Notes under the pieces: generated by a model
Database searches by the model: none
Told to the model about the DNA's origin: nothing
The model's input: only the letters and a program-made list of their open reading frames with translations
Source: Octopus sinensis
Taxonomy: Eukaryota
DNA length: 64,000 bases
Reading direction: 5' to 3'
Assembly: GCF_006345805.1 (NCBI RefSeq)
Contig: NC_043014.1
Coordinates: forward strand, 48,112,001-48,176,000
Program-made: the position numbers and the translations under genes
Shown: positions 12,800 to 26,677 of the stretch, piece by piece
Layout: each line of letters opens with the position of its first letter
How positions within the stretch are numbered: position 1 is the first letter of the stretch

Positions 12800-13185
12800 C
12801 TTGCATTCAGTGATGTGTGACTGTAGTAATCCCGCATTCAATGATGTATGACTGGACTGTACTGCACTCCTCCGTTCAGTGATGTGTGACTGTGCACTAC
12901 CTCTGCATTCAGTGATATGAGACTGTGCAGTGCCTCTGTATTCAGTGATGTGTGACTGTGCAGGACCCCTGCACTCAGTGATGTATAAAATTTGCAACAT
13001 CCTTGCATTCATTGATGTGTGACTGTGCACTACCTCTGCATTCAGTGATATGCATCTGTGCAGTATTCTGCAGTCAGTAATGTGACTGTACAGTATGCAG
13101 CTGAACAGTAATGCAACTGTGCAGCATTCTGCAGTCAGCACTTTGCATGTAGTGATGCGTGGATGTGTAGTATCCTTGCATTTAA
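12800..13185. repeat. Degenerate ~33-bp minisatellite
   Basis: gcattcagtgatgtgtgactgtgcactacctct-like units. Confidence 0.75.
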
Positions 13186-13222
13186 AACTCTGTCACAGAG
13201 CTTTGGTTGAATAGCTTCAGGT

Positions 13223-13362
13223 ATCTCCAAGAAGGGCCACCTCTCTAACCCTGCCAATTCTTGTCCTATTACTATCTCTGAGGTAATACAGACAACCTTC
13301 AATGCTGGCATCTTCCAACATCTTAAACCTCTCCCTTCTTTCCTTGATAACCACCAGCCAAT
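13223..13362 (+). mobile_element. CR1/Jockey-type LINE RT fragment
   Basis: ISKKGHLSNPANSCPITISEVIQ...FQHLK...LDNHQ resembles the PKKGDxSNPxNYRPI..LSDxQ motif. Confidence 0.55.
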
Positions 13363-13745
13363 TGGATTGGAAGCACTCCGTCGGTTACGACGATGAGGGT
13401 TCCGGTTGATCCGATCAACGGAACAGCTTGCTCGTGAAATTAACGTGTAAGTGGCTGAGCACTCCACAGACATGTGTACCCTTAACATAGTTCTCGGGGA
13501 TATTCAATGTGACACAGAGAGTGACAAGGCCGGCCCTTTGAAATACAGGTGAAACAGGAAGTAAGAGTGAGAGAAATTTGTGGTGAAAGAGTACAACAGG
13601 GATCACCACCACCCCCTGCCGGAGCCTCGTGGAGCTTTAGGTGTTTTCGCTCAATAAACACTCACAACGCCCGATCTGGGAATCAAAACCGCGATCCTAC
13701 GACTGCGAGTCTGCTGCCCTAACCACTGGGCCATTGCACCTCCAC
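13363..13745 (-). mobile_element. tRNA-derived SINE, family D1
   Basis: Reverse complement of 6522-6903; 14-bp TSD aaccaccagccaat. Confidence 0.85.
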
Positions 13746-14051
13746 AACCACCAGCCAATACAGTTTCTGTAAAGCACATCTTTAACATATCTAGGACTAC
13801 ATCCCGACAACTGGCCCTTCTTTTTAGGGCCACAAAATACTTCATCCCCCCAACAATTACTGTCACTCTACAAAGATCAGGTAAGGCTCACAATTGAGTG
13901 TTGGTCTTACATCTGTGATGGTGCTACTACTGAACACACAGACAGAAAGGCTATTCGACTAATTGGCATAAAGTCATTCTCAGACACACTTCTGTCTATA
14001 GATGTACTGTCTCTTCTCTGTCTTCTCAATTGCTATTATAATGACCTCTTG

Positions 14052-14607
14052 GTTGATTGACCACACAAAGTAGTTGCAGTTACAGAGCTGTATGTGGACA
14101 TTACTGTCAGATATTGACCATCAGTTGATTGACCACACAAAGTAGTTGCAGTTACAAAGCTGTATGTGGACATTACTGTCAAACACTGACCCTCAGAGTT
14201 GATTGACCACACAAAGTAGTTGTAGTTACAGAGCTGTGTGTGGACATTATTGTCAAACACTGACCCTCAGAGTTGATTGACCACACAAAGTAGTTGCAGT
14301 TACAGAGCTGTATGTGGACATTACTGTCAAACACTGACCCTCAGAGTTGATTGACCACACAAAGTAGTTGCAGTTACAGAGCTGTACGTGGACATTACTG
14401 TCAAACACTGACCATCAGAGTTGATTGACCACACATGATAGTTACAGTTACAGAGCTGTATGTGGACATTAATGTCAAATACTGACCATCAGAGTTGATT
14501 GACCACACAAAATAGTTACAGTTACAGAGCTGTGTGTGGACATTACTGTCAGATATTGATCATCGGCGTTGATTGACCACACAAGGTAGTTATGGTTACA
14601 AAGCTAA
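14052..14607. repeat. 74-bp minisatellite, ~7.5 units
   Basis: gttgattgaccacac starts at 14052, 14124, 14198, 14272, 14346, 14420, 14494 and 14568. Confidence 0.95.
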
Positions 14608-14786
14608 ACCACCAGCTCAGTTCATCTCGGTTTTATCAGGGGATGTGTTATAATTAGCTTCCAGTAGAAAGATGAAAGAACTGTATCCGGTCCATCATTG
14701 TTAACAGTTATTACATTTAATAACTTAATTTAACCAATCGATACCCATTTGACCTGTACTTACCATGTGAACTAATCTCATTTCAG

Positions 14787-15063
14787 CTATATCCTGGTAA
14801 CTGATACACACATGTTTGTATTGCGAGAAATCCCACAACAGAAAGGAATGGCATATATCCAGGCCCGGAGGGCTCTGCATAGTATCCTGAAGATCACGTC
14901 TAAGAAGAAATGCCCAGATTTCATCTCGTTCCGTTATGGCTTCAGTAATGACTCTGGCTACCACGTCACCGATATGGATCGATTTATTATATCAAAGGCA
15001 ACAGAAGCAACAACGCACATCAAAGAAGCTGTCCTCAAGGTTCTTGCTGTGCAAGAAGGATGA
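14787..15063 (+). CDS. TBC1D23: TBC1D23 last coding exon
   Basis: tttcag acceptor. YILVTDTHMFVLREIPQQKGMAYIQARRALHSILKITSKKKCPDFISFRYG...KVLAVQEG* with TGA at 15061-15063; matches the recalled TBC1D23 C-terminus. Confidence 0.95.
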
Positions 15064-15173
15064 GCCAAAAACACAGAGGCCAAATTCCTTCACATTCTTT
15101 ATTCATGTAAACACACACACACATACACACATACATGCACACATACATACACACACATGTATACAAACATGAC

Positions 15174-15204
<31 letters not shown>

Positions 15205-15486
15205 AATACATAATATATAAATTTAATATATGACAAAAATATATGATTTTAATGACAGGTTGATTCAGTTCCATGTTACTTAACTTTTCTTAGGCGCAGA
15301 TATGTTCCCGTGTCCTCAGAATATGTAGATAGCATACCTGCTGTGCCTATGAAACTTCTAATGTGGAGCTAAGTCAAACTGGCATTAAATACTTAAAAAC
15401 CCAAAGTGAATGTGTTGAGAGTTCTACTTTCTTTCATTTGTTCACCTACTTTGTATGTGTGTGTGTAAAATTTTGTATATATGGGT

Positions 15487-15529
<43 letters not shown>

Positions 15530-15761
15530 CATAAGGCGGCGAGCTGGCAGAAACGTTAGCACGCCGGGCGAAATGCTTGGCAGTGTTTCGCCTGCCGTTA
15601 TGTTCTGAGTTCAAATTCCGCCGGGGTCAACTTTGCCTTTCATCCTTTCGGGGTTGATAAATTAAGTACTGGTTACGTACTGGGGTCGATATAATTGACT
15701 TAATCCATTTGTCTATCCTTGTTTGTCCTCTCTATGTTTAGCCCCTTGTGGGCAATAAAGA

Positions 15762-15808
<47 letters not shown>

Positions 15809-15937
15809 GGCCTGGTAGAATAAGCAGGAGAATAAAAAAAAAATTCAGTAATTAAGAGTATGTGTGTGTATACATGTATAATTATGCACACATACATACA
15901 CACATATATATACATGTATATCTATTTATATGTATTA

Positions 15938-15980
15938 AAGTGTGATGATGTCTTAGCTGGCTGAAACTTCGAAGTCACTA
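15938..15980 (+). ncRNA. Degenerate hammerhead-like motif (C3 replaced by G)
   Basis: agt GTGATGA t gtc-ttagct-ggc t GAAA cttcgaag TC act. Palindromic stem III and GTC triplet. Confidence 0.45.
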
Positions 15981-16661
15981 TCAATATTATTCTTGTTAAA
16001 GAATAATAAAAATACATACACAAACACACACACACACACACATATGTATGTATTTACAAATACATACATACATATATATATATATGTATATAAACACACA
16101 TATGTAGAGAGAGACTTGCTGTATAAACATCAACAGATGACACAGTCATTAAGAGCTCAATAAATGAAAGGTCGTTGAACTTCCAACACATTACTACATT
16201 GCAGTAAATCCAAGCGGGACCGACTTGCAAGTATATTCATAATCAGCTAAAAACAATCTTTAAGAGCAACATACTTAGAATAAAAGCTGAAAGGCATAAA
16301 TTTCACATGCAGTTCATACTCTGTGTTCTACAGCTGTTTCCTTAAGATAAACACTATTAAATGTATAATTACATAATCTTGTTACATAAAGAAAAAAAAT
16401 TGAATTAGTTTAAAAGCTGTAATTAACTAAATCATCAGGAATATTATGGATTATATTTTCTGATTAACATGACACATGATATTTATGATGATTTGAGTAA
16501 ATATAGTTATTTAATTATTTTGATTTAAATTATGTTTAACAATTAGATAATTGTTCATTTAGTGTTATGTTAATGAAACCGCTCTTGAATTTTTAGTATG
16601 AACTACATACGAAAGTTCAGCTTTTATTCTAAATGTACATGTGTGTGTGTGTATGTATGTG

Positions 16662-16693
<32 letters not shown>

Positions 16694-16898
16694 ATATAAA
16701 TTAGAAAGAACCACCTTTTATCAATTCAAAACGAACAATTAAATTACACCATCTGGAAAATTGTTCATTTTGAATTGATAAAAGGTGTTTTTTTTCTAAT
16801 TTTTTAGATATATATATTATATTGTGTGAAATTTGATTTAGTATTTCTAAATTGAATTTTTTCCCTGTAAGTTAGGATTAATATTCCCTCAAATAATT

Positions 16899-16930
<32 letters not shown>

Positions 16931-17855
16931 ATATGTATAAACTTATACTCACACACATAAAAGCATATGTATATATATGTGTGTGTATACACATGTATGC
17001 ATACATGTGTGTGTGTGTATATATATATATAGTTGCATATGTATATATATATATATATATTATACATATGTGTGTATAGATATATTTATATTCAAGTAAT
17101 TCATATGAATATACAAAAATATATAACATATATATGTACATATATATTTATATATACACGTTTTTGTAGTATATAAATGTATATATGTAGAATATCAAAT
17201 GTAAGAATGAATATAGTGTATAAAAATTTATATCTACATTTAGTATATATAATATATATATATATTTAAAATATATCCTTATTTATTGTATGATATATAT
17301 ACATATATATATATATGTAATGGATAAAATATATATATATATACATAATGCGGGTGTATGTATACATATATGAACTTTGTAAAAAAAAAAAACATGTTCT
17401 GGAAGAAGTTAAGAACTAAATCCATTTGTGGAATCTTCTCTGACACTCTTTGGAGAGAGAAATTTGGAAATATGTTGAATATAGATGTTGACTCCTTTCT
17501 ACAGACTGATTTCTATGGTCCAGGGTTCCTGGAATAACTGAGAGCTGTGTCTACCCATGTTTCCTACTCTTCCCAGCATCCTTCAGTATTTATTTGGTCC
17601 TCTTCAAAGTCCCAGTAAGGGAGTTATTTTTAGTGTTACTATTATTATTATTATTAATATAATTATAAAAACAAACTGCCTAGTAATCTCACTGTTCTCT
17701 GAGGTTACAAAAAACAAAATTTCTATGAATAAATTGTAAAAAGAGAGGCATAATTTTTTTCTTCTTCAATTCCTGTAGTATTTCTTACTTTGGTTAATTT
17801 ACTTCCTTTTATGTAGTTGTGTTTTTGTTTTTCATGAACTATATGTTTATTGGAT

Positions 17856-17909
<54 letters not shown>

Positions 17910-18566
17910 ATGCAGGTCTATGTATACATATATGAACTTTGTGAAGACCTGTTGAGGCAAGTGAAAATCAAAATCGATCAACATCAATGGAAATTGTAGC
18001 TGTGATACCAGTGCCGGTTGCACATAAGAGATCCATCCAAACGTGGCCGTTGCCAGCGCCGTCCCGACTGGCCTCCGTGCCAGTGGCATGTAAAAAGCAC
18101 CATCTGATTGTGGCCGTTTGCCAGCCTCGTCTGGCACCTGTGCCGGTGGCACGTAAAAAGCACCCACTACACTCATGGAGTGGTTGGCATTAGAAAGGGC
18201 ATTCAGCCATAGAAACACTGCCAGATCAGACTGGGCCTGGTGCAGCCTTCTGGCTTCCCAGACCCCAGTTGAACCATCCAACCCATGCTAGCATGGAAAG
18301 TGGACGCTAAACGATGATGATGATGATGATTCCTTATCTGTGGTTTTATGGTTAAGAAGTTCACTTCCCAACCATATGATTCCATATTCAGTCTCACTGT
18401 ACAATACCTTGGCCAAATTTCTTCTATAGCCCTGAGTAGGGTTTGATGGCATATGCTGAATGGTTTAATAGGATCCAGTGGATGTGAGAACTGCATTGTG
18501 CTCCAATGTTTGCTTTGACATGATTTGTATGGCTGGATACTCTAATAGCAACCACTTTATAAAGTG

Positions 18567-18953
18567 ACTAGCTGTATCGCCTGGCGTTGCTCGGGTTTAT
18601 TTTGACCCTTTAGAACTGGAATTTTTGCAAAGTAAAAAATTTTGCATTATGTAGCTTGTTATTCTCTTTAAATGAACATTTTTCTGGTTGAAATACACCA
18701 AAAAATAGCTGTAAAAAGAAATTCGAAAAAAATTGGGATTTTCATAGAAAAAAAGTACCTTTTTGATGTAAATAATTTTTGGTGTTAACATGGTCCGATT
18801 TGAATTTTTTCTTCTACGGAAGGAAGAGCAAGCCTTCTTCTATCATACTCTCAATTTTGGTCAACTTGCGCCACAGGGTCTCGGAGGAGATTAGTGTTAG
18901 TTGAAGGCTACCAAACCTGCCATACACAGACAACTTCAGCTTTATATATATAG
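18567..18953. mobile_element. Helitron/Helentron-associated (HINE/DINE-like) element
   Basis: Starts ACTAGCTGTATCGCCTGGCGTTGCTCGGG and ends cagacaacttcagctttatatatatag, termini typical of this class (from recall). Confidence 0.55.
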
Positions 18954-19907
18954 AAATGTGCTGAATGCTTTTATTCATGGCATTAACAGTGAGGTTGCCA
19001 TGCATCTTGCAAGACTAATATCCTCTTCAACAGGATTGGGTTAACCCTTTAGTGTTCACATTATTCTGCCAAAATGAATGCTTTTACATCCTCATTGTTT
19101 TGAACTAATCATGCATTATCTTGGAGCTATGAGATTTTGATGAGGTAGCTGTTAATTTTTAAAATGATATTGTAGGGTTGGTGTGAGAGACCAGATCTGG
19201 TCAGTTTGAACATAAAACAAGCAGAATACTTATGGCCGGTTTAATTGCTAAAGGGTTAAAGAGGGAGGTGGCTTTACTACAGAGTCTCTACTTTCTCATC
19301 TAGCATTTGTAATTGCAAACTGTGCCTCTCTGAGAAACTTCCACATACTCCACCAGCCCACAACGATAGGAAGAATGAGCTATCTCACTGTTGCTACGAG
19401 AGGTATGGCCTTAGCCTAGCTGACTTATATACTACAGCTTATGCATGTTGTTCATGCAACCACACTTGTACCCCAACATCATCAATAAGTCATTCCAACA
19501 TAATGACTGCTGTTACTTGTGTATCCAAACTCCAAGATACTGACTGATCTTGTCTCTCCGCATCATGTGTGGCACTCAGTACAAGATATGCTTAACATAC
19601 CGCATTGTACTTCTGCTATCAAATAAGCACCAACATCCTATCTGCAACATGTAATCCTACAAATTAAAAAATAAAAACTGATGTTGCTTCGGTAACATTA
19701 CAACCACATGACCGCAGCTGACCAAATAAAGGCCTAAATGCCTGGAAGCTATTTTGAATTTCTTTTAAACTCTCTATTCTATCTACATCAGCCAAGGTGG
19801 ATGTATCCTATGCATCCATGAAACTCAAAGTAATGTGCAGCTGAGTCAAACTGTTCTTATATATATATATCTGTAAATGTAATATGTGACAATTATTCGG
19901 TAGCCAA

Positions 19908-19967
19908 GATAAAACTGAGTTTCGGATGCTGAGGTGGAAATCCACACCACCATCTCTTCAGTTATCC
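19908..19967 (-). ncRNA. Type-I hammerhead-like motif, same family as 7806-7868
   Basis: Minus strand ggataa CTGAAGA gatg...catcc GAAA c-tca-g T T ttatc. Core intact, stem III shortened. Confidence 0.62.
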
Positions 19968-20339
19968 AGTTTACATAATATCGAGGTCTCTTTCTTTCTT
20001 TTATTATCTTACCGTTTTTACCAATTATATATATATATTATTTTTATTTATGTGCCCTTTTCAAGCCTAGCCAGGGTCATGGGCCCGGTTTCCTGGTTTC
20101 TGTGGCATATGTGTTCCCCCCAGCTGGACGGGACGCCAGTCCATCGCAGCGTTTCCCAAGAAACTGGGAGGAAGAGTGAGAGAAAGTTGAGGTGAAAGAG
20201 TACAACAGGGGTCGCCCCCCCCTCCCGGTGCTTTAGGTGTTTTCGCTCAATAAACACACACAACGCTCGATCTGGGAATCAAAACCATGATCCTCCGACT
20301 GCGAGTCTACTGCTCCATTGCACCTCCATATATATATAT

Positions 20340-20500
20340 AGGGAGAGTTTACGAAAAAACAAAAGACGAAGACAGGTGGTGTACAAAACAAACAGATGTA
20401 TTAGTATAATGCTCAGGAATAGAAAAAGTCTTTTACGTTTCGAGCCTACGCTCTTCTGCGGAAAGGAACACAGAAAAAACAAGGAGAGAAAAAAAAAATA
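20340..20500 (-). mobile_element. Penelope-like terminal fragment with degenerate minimal hammerhead (20429-20465)
   Basis: Minus strand cttt CCGCAGA a gagc-gtag-gctc GAAA cg TA aaag. Confidence 0.45.
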
Positions 20501-21384
20501 TATATATATATAATATACATATGTATATACATGTGTGTATTCATGTATCAAAGCTTTTTATTTACAGCACAAATTTTCTTCTGGCCTGGTTCTTTGCCAT
20601 CTATTCACCATGTTCCTTCATCTTACAACAAACAATGTCACTCACAAAAGAAACTTCTGCTAATGTGAAGTTACTCTTTATCTCAAGTCATTGGTGCGAG
20701 GCCATACTGCAGCAGCACTGACCTCTATGTTTGGATGCATGATTAGCAGCTTTATGATACAAGAAACAGTAGCATGGGCTTCTTTCTGGTAACTTTTCTT
20801 TTATTCCTTTATTTGTTTGTCATTTGGCTGTGGCCATGCTGGAGCACCGCCTTTAGTCGAAGAAATCGACCCCAAAAACTTATTCTTTGTAAGCCTAGTA
20901 CTTATTCTATTGGTCTCTTTTGCTGAACTGTTAAGTTATGGGGATGTAAACACACCAACATCGGTTGTCAAGCAATGGTGGTGAGGAAAAACAGACACAC
21001 AAACATATATAAGACGAGCTTTTTTCAGTTTCTGTCTACCAAATCCACTCACAAGGCTTTGGTCGGCCCGAAGCTATACTAGAAGATACTTGCCCAAGGT
21101 GCCACACAGTAGGACTGAACCCAAGGCCATGTGGTTGGTAAGCAAGCTACCTACCACACAGCCACTCCTGTGCCTGTTTATTGTTGGTAAAATATTTCTC
21201 TCTGCTATTGGTGCAAGGTCTAAAATTTTGTTGGGGTAGGGGCTTGTCAATTACATTGACCCCAGTGCCCAATTGATACTTATTTTTATCTACCCTGAAA
21301 TGACGAGGGGCAAAGTCAACCTCAGCAGAATTTCGACTCGGAATGTAAAGCTGCAAGAAATGCTGCTAAGTAATTAACACCAGC

Positions 21385-21941
<557 letters not shown>

Positions 21942-22929
21942 TTAAGCAAAGTCAATAAAGATTTTGGAAAAATTTATTTACAAATATACATTCTTTTATC
22001 ACAGTATACAAATCAATTGATCAGCAGTGGTTCTGCTCAATTCAGTTTTCATTTGTTTAATATTATTAACATCAGGAGAGACAACCAGATACTAAAGTAC
22101 CTGGTTGGTTTGTGTTGGGTGAAGGTTCTTTTAAATATAATTTAAAGCTTGTGGATTATAAGGGGGGGGGGAGAAAAATCAAATATTTTTCTAATTCATT
22201 TCTTACACAGAGTTAAAGCGTGTAAATTAACTTTGTAAAAATCTCATAACAAAAAAAAGACATTTGGTAGTTTAAAAAGAAAGAAAAAAAATCAAATTTG
22301 TGATACCTATTTCTTTATTACCTACAAGGGGCTAAACAAGGACAGACATAGGTATTAAGTCGATTACATCGACCCCAGTGCGTAACTGGTACTTAATTTA
22401 TCGACCCCGAAAGGATGAAAGGCAAAGTCGACCTCGGCGGAATTTGAACTCACAACGTAACGGCAGACGAAATACCGCAAAGCATTTCGCCCAGCGTGCT
22501 AACGATTCTGCCGGCTTGCCGCCTTAAATTTGTGATACCGTAATAATAAAATCTAGAACTGAACTGAAGAATTTATGAATCAATTATTGTATGTTTAGAT
22601 TTCCAATGTGAGGCAAAGGAATTGGTTAGTAATCTTAGAATATTCAGTAACAAACCCCCAACATCGTACAGTCTCTTTTAATTTTAATCTCAATTTCACT
22701 AATTCGATGATCAAAAATACTGGTAAAACACAGCAGTTCTATCCTTGAAACACTATTAATGAACTGTGGTATCATCACACCTGGTCTATGCCAGAGATTA
22801 ATTAGTGGTTCTCGTTTAATACAAAACTTCATCACGCCAATATTACCTCAATTAGCTTCACAGTATTTTGCTAATTGTGTTTTTCAATAATCTTCAAGCA
22901 TCACAAGTTTACACATATGTGTGTATACA

Positions 22930-22961
<32 letters not shown>

Positions 22962-23080
22962 CATGTGTATGTGTATATATATATATATATACATGTATGT
23001 ATATATATATATATATATTACACATGTGTGTGTATATTATATATATATTATATATATATATATATATACACATGTGTGTG

Positions 23081-23111
<31 letters not shown>

Positions 23112-23222
23112 CACATGTATATACATGTGTGTGTGTGTGTATATATATATATATGTGTGTGTGTGTCAGTACATATATCCAAAAAAGAAGTACACTCTAA
23201 AACAGAATAGTAATAGTTTTGA

Positions 23223-23483
23223 AGGGTGTTTGTTATGGCTGGTCAGAGAGTGACCACTGGTTTCACACCTGTAAGGTGCTTAGCTGTATAGGCAACTTGT
23301 CACACTTGAATGGCCAAAGAGCACATAACCCTCTTTCAAATGGAGGGAGGAAAATCTCATGGTCAGTTGCAGAGAAGTTATAAGCCTCCAGCCATTTGAG
23401 TTTGGTGAGTCACCTATACAGTTAAACACCTTTATAGGTGTGAAAACAATGGTCACTCTTTGACTGGCCAAAACAAACAACCT
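23223..23483. mobile_element. MITE with ~55-bp imperfect TIRs
   Basis: ggtgtttgttatggctggtcagagagtgaccactggtttcacacctgtaaggtg is inverted relative to cacctttataggtgtgaaaacaatggtcactctttgactggccaaaacaaacaacc. Confidence 0.7.
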
Positions 23484-23865
23484 TTTAAATATGTGTGTGT
23501 GAAGTTGAGGTTATTATTTTAAAGTGAGTTTAAGAACAACAGAAATAATTTACTGATGGAGGAAGGGCGGGTGGGGGGACTCAGAGTCAAACCTGTTGTA
23601 AAGTTTGTGTTGATTGGGATTTGATCGGTTGAATTAGCCATCAGGCAAAACAAAAGTTTCAGTCAACACAAATACAATGTATGCATGTATGTCCAATATA
23701 TAGATAGGGGTTATGAAGGTAACCCACTACGGGATATCGGTTATCCGATATACTGCTGGTGAAGTACCCAAATACTAAATACATAAATGCTTATAATTGC
23801 AATGCAATTAATTCATTTATTGTATTGAATGGGTGAAGGTAAAAAAAATATTTTACCATAAATTG

Positions 23866-24084
23866 ATAATACAAATAAGAAAATGGAGGAACAAATTCAT
23901 TTCGATCATCAACTTATGGATATTGCAATTTCATATTATTTATTAATTATACAAATAGGAACTTGAAAATCGAACAAAACAATATACATTCCTATTTGTA
24001 TAATTAATAAATAATATGAAATTGTAATATCCGTAAGTTGATGATCGAAATGAATTTGTTCCTCCGTTTTCTTATTTGTATTAT
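23866..24084. repeat. Foldback with ~95-bp arms and a ~27-nt loop
   Basis: Arms 23866-23960 and 23988-24084 are reverse complements with ~3 mismatches. Confidence 0.85.
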
Positions 24085-24151
24085 ATATATATATATATAT
24101 ATATATAATGATGATATATATATACTTTATTTAAAGCAGCAGAAAATTCAA

Positions 24152-24199
24152 CAAAACCTGTTACTCTGAGTTTCCCGTTGCCGTTCATCGGACAGTTTT
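24152..24199 (-). ncRNA. Type-I hammerhead-like motif (CCGATGA core variant) inside a 37-bp inverted repeat
   Basis: Minus strand aaaaactgt CCGATGA a cgg-caa-cgg GAAA ctc-a-gag TA acaggtttt. Stem I pairs 8 of 9; one stem II mismatch. Confidence 0.55.
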
Positions 24200-24315
24200 T
24201 GCTAGCAAAAACTGTTTTGTTGAATTTTCTGCTGCTTTAAATAAAGCATATTACTCTACCACTGGTATTTGAGTACTCTTTTTTCCACCTTGTTTCACAT
24301 TTATGTGTTTACTCC

Positions 24316-24350
<35 letters not shown>

Positions 24351-25279
24351 ATGTATGCCAGGGTGGTTATTTTTATAAAAAAAGCATTGTGCAGTCTAGT
24401 ACCAAACTCTGCAGATTGTGATAATATACACGGGACCAGTTCAATAACTGGCGAAATCTATTTACACAAGTATGAAGATTTAAATAAAAAGGAAATGTGA
24501 GGTTGTAGCATTCATGGCGTTCCCAAATGAGGTAACACAAAGGTGGTAGTAACCAGCAACAGGAACCGGTTTCCACAGAGTTCTCTCTCTCTCTTCTATG
24601 TTGACTGCCATTATATATAACTGTGGCACCTGAAGACGCAAACAACTGTAGTGATTAATAAAGAGGTAAAAACACACACATACAACAGATAAAGTTCATA
24701 GTCCAATAAAAAGGGAATGGTGTTTAAAGATTGGTTTGTTTTTTCACCATTGCCTGTTTGTCTGTCCCCGTACACCACGAAATAGTTTTACATAAATATG
24801 CCCTCTCCCCTCCTTCTATCTCATCGTTTATTTTTATATAAATTGTAGAAAGCGGTGAATGAAAAAGTAGTCGACCCATTAAACAACTTTGCAATGTTAC
24901 TTCATACTTTTTTTTTTAAAACTGAGATAAAATAATTTCTCAAAAGATTAGAAAACATACTGATCGATACACACATGCACACATTTAATATGTGCATACA
25001 TGTATGTATATAAATACACACATACACACACACATATATATATATATATATTAATGCATTAATTTATAAAAGATATAGAAAGATCAACAAAGCTGAAATA
25101 GTTTCATTTAGTTGTAGCTCTTCAGTCAACCATACACTTAGTGATGAGTTGAAAGGAATTTATACATATATATATACATATATAAAATAATAATATGAGG
25201 AAATATTATTCCAAACTTACAGGGAAAAATTCAATTTAGAAATACTAAATCAAATTTCACAAAATATAATATATATATA

Positions 25280-25557
25280 TAAATTAGAAAAAAAAACACC
25301 TTTTAACAATTCAAAATGAAAAATTAAATTACACCATCTAGAAAATTACATATAATAAAAAGATTAAAAATATAATGATGATTAAGTAATGTGCAAAATT
25401 CTACCAAGTATATACGTTTTATTCATTATTTTGCACATTACTTAATTATCATTATATTTTTTAATTTTATATATAATCTTTCTATTATATGTAATTTTCT
25501 AGATGGTGTAATTTAATTTTTCATTTTGAATTGATAAAAGGTGGTTTTTTTCTAATT

Positions 25558-25560
<3 letters not shown>
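25280..25560. repeat. AT-rich foldback with ~125-bp arms; shorter relative at 16698-16803
   Basis: aaattagaaaa..caccttttaacaattcaaaatg...gtgcaaaa is inverted relative to ttttgcac...gaattgataaaaggtg..ctaattt. Confidence 0.8.
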
Positions 25561-25592
<32 letters not shown>

Positions 25593-26084
25593 GTATATGT
25601 ATGTATATGTATGTATACACATACACACGTGTGTGTATATATGTATCTATATGTGTATATATGTCTATATATATGTATCTATATGTGTGTGTTTGAGTGT
25701 CCTCCTTCATTTCTACACTTGACACAACTCCAGTGCTTGAAAAAAGACTAGTGTTGAATTAAAAACAGTAACTTTGCCAATCGTTGCAGTATAGAACAAA
25801 AACCTAAGTCCTGGGGGATCTTTATGGTTGACTAAACACTTTAGAAGATATTTCAGCATAGCCACAGTCCAATGACTGAAACCAGTAAAACAATAAAAGG
25901 AAATACAAATATATGTGTATGTGTGTATGTTTGTGTGTGTGCACATATACAGGTGCATATATATATATGCACATTATATATTTTATATACATGCATACAT
26001 ACGTGTGTGCCCATATATGTTTATATATACACATACATATATATCACATATGTATCATATATATGATGTATATCATAGATATCA

Positions 26085-26132
<48 letters not shown>

Positions 26133-26677
26133 TCATTCATATATATTCATATATATATAATATATATATATATATCATATATATATTATATATATATATA
26201 TATATATCATAAATATCATTCATATATATATATCATATATATATATATATCATAAATATCATTCATATTATATATCATATATATATATGATATATATCAT
26301 AAATATCATTCATATATATATATCATATATATATATATATATATGATATATATCATAAATATCATTCATATATATCATATATATACATGATATATGTCAT
26401 TCATATATATATATATATATCATATATATACATATGATATATATCATATGTATATGATATAAATCATATCATTCATATTTATGCCATATATATATAAAGT
26501 ACAAATACACACATGTACACATATATAAAATATTCAGATGAATGTATGTATGTTTGTTTATATATATAAAATCGTTATATATATATATATACATATATAT
26601 ACATATATATATATATATATCAAATGTCAATAAATTTAAAAGTATACTTCATCCCAAATAGAAAAACTGTTTTATAG

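Noticed and set aside
14052-14607. CRISPR-like array (also considered for 11330-12210 and the family C modules)
   Set aside because: Units are contiguous tandem copies without unique spacers, there are no cas genes, and the context is eukaryotic.
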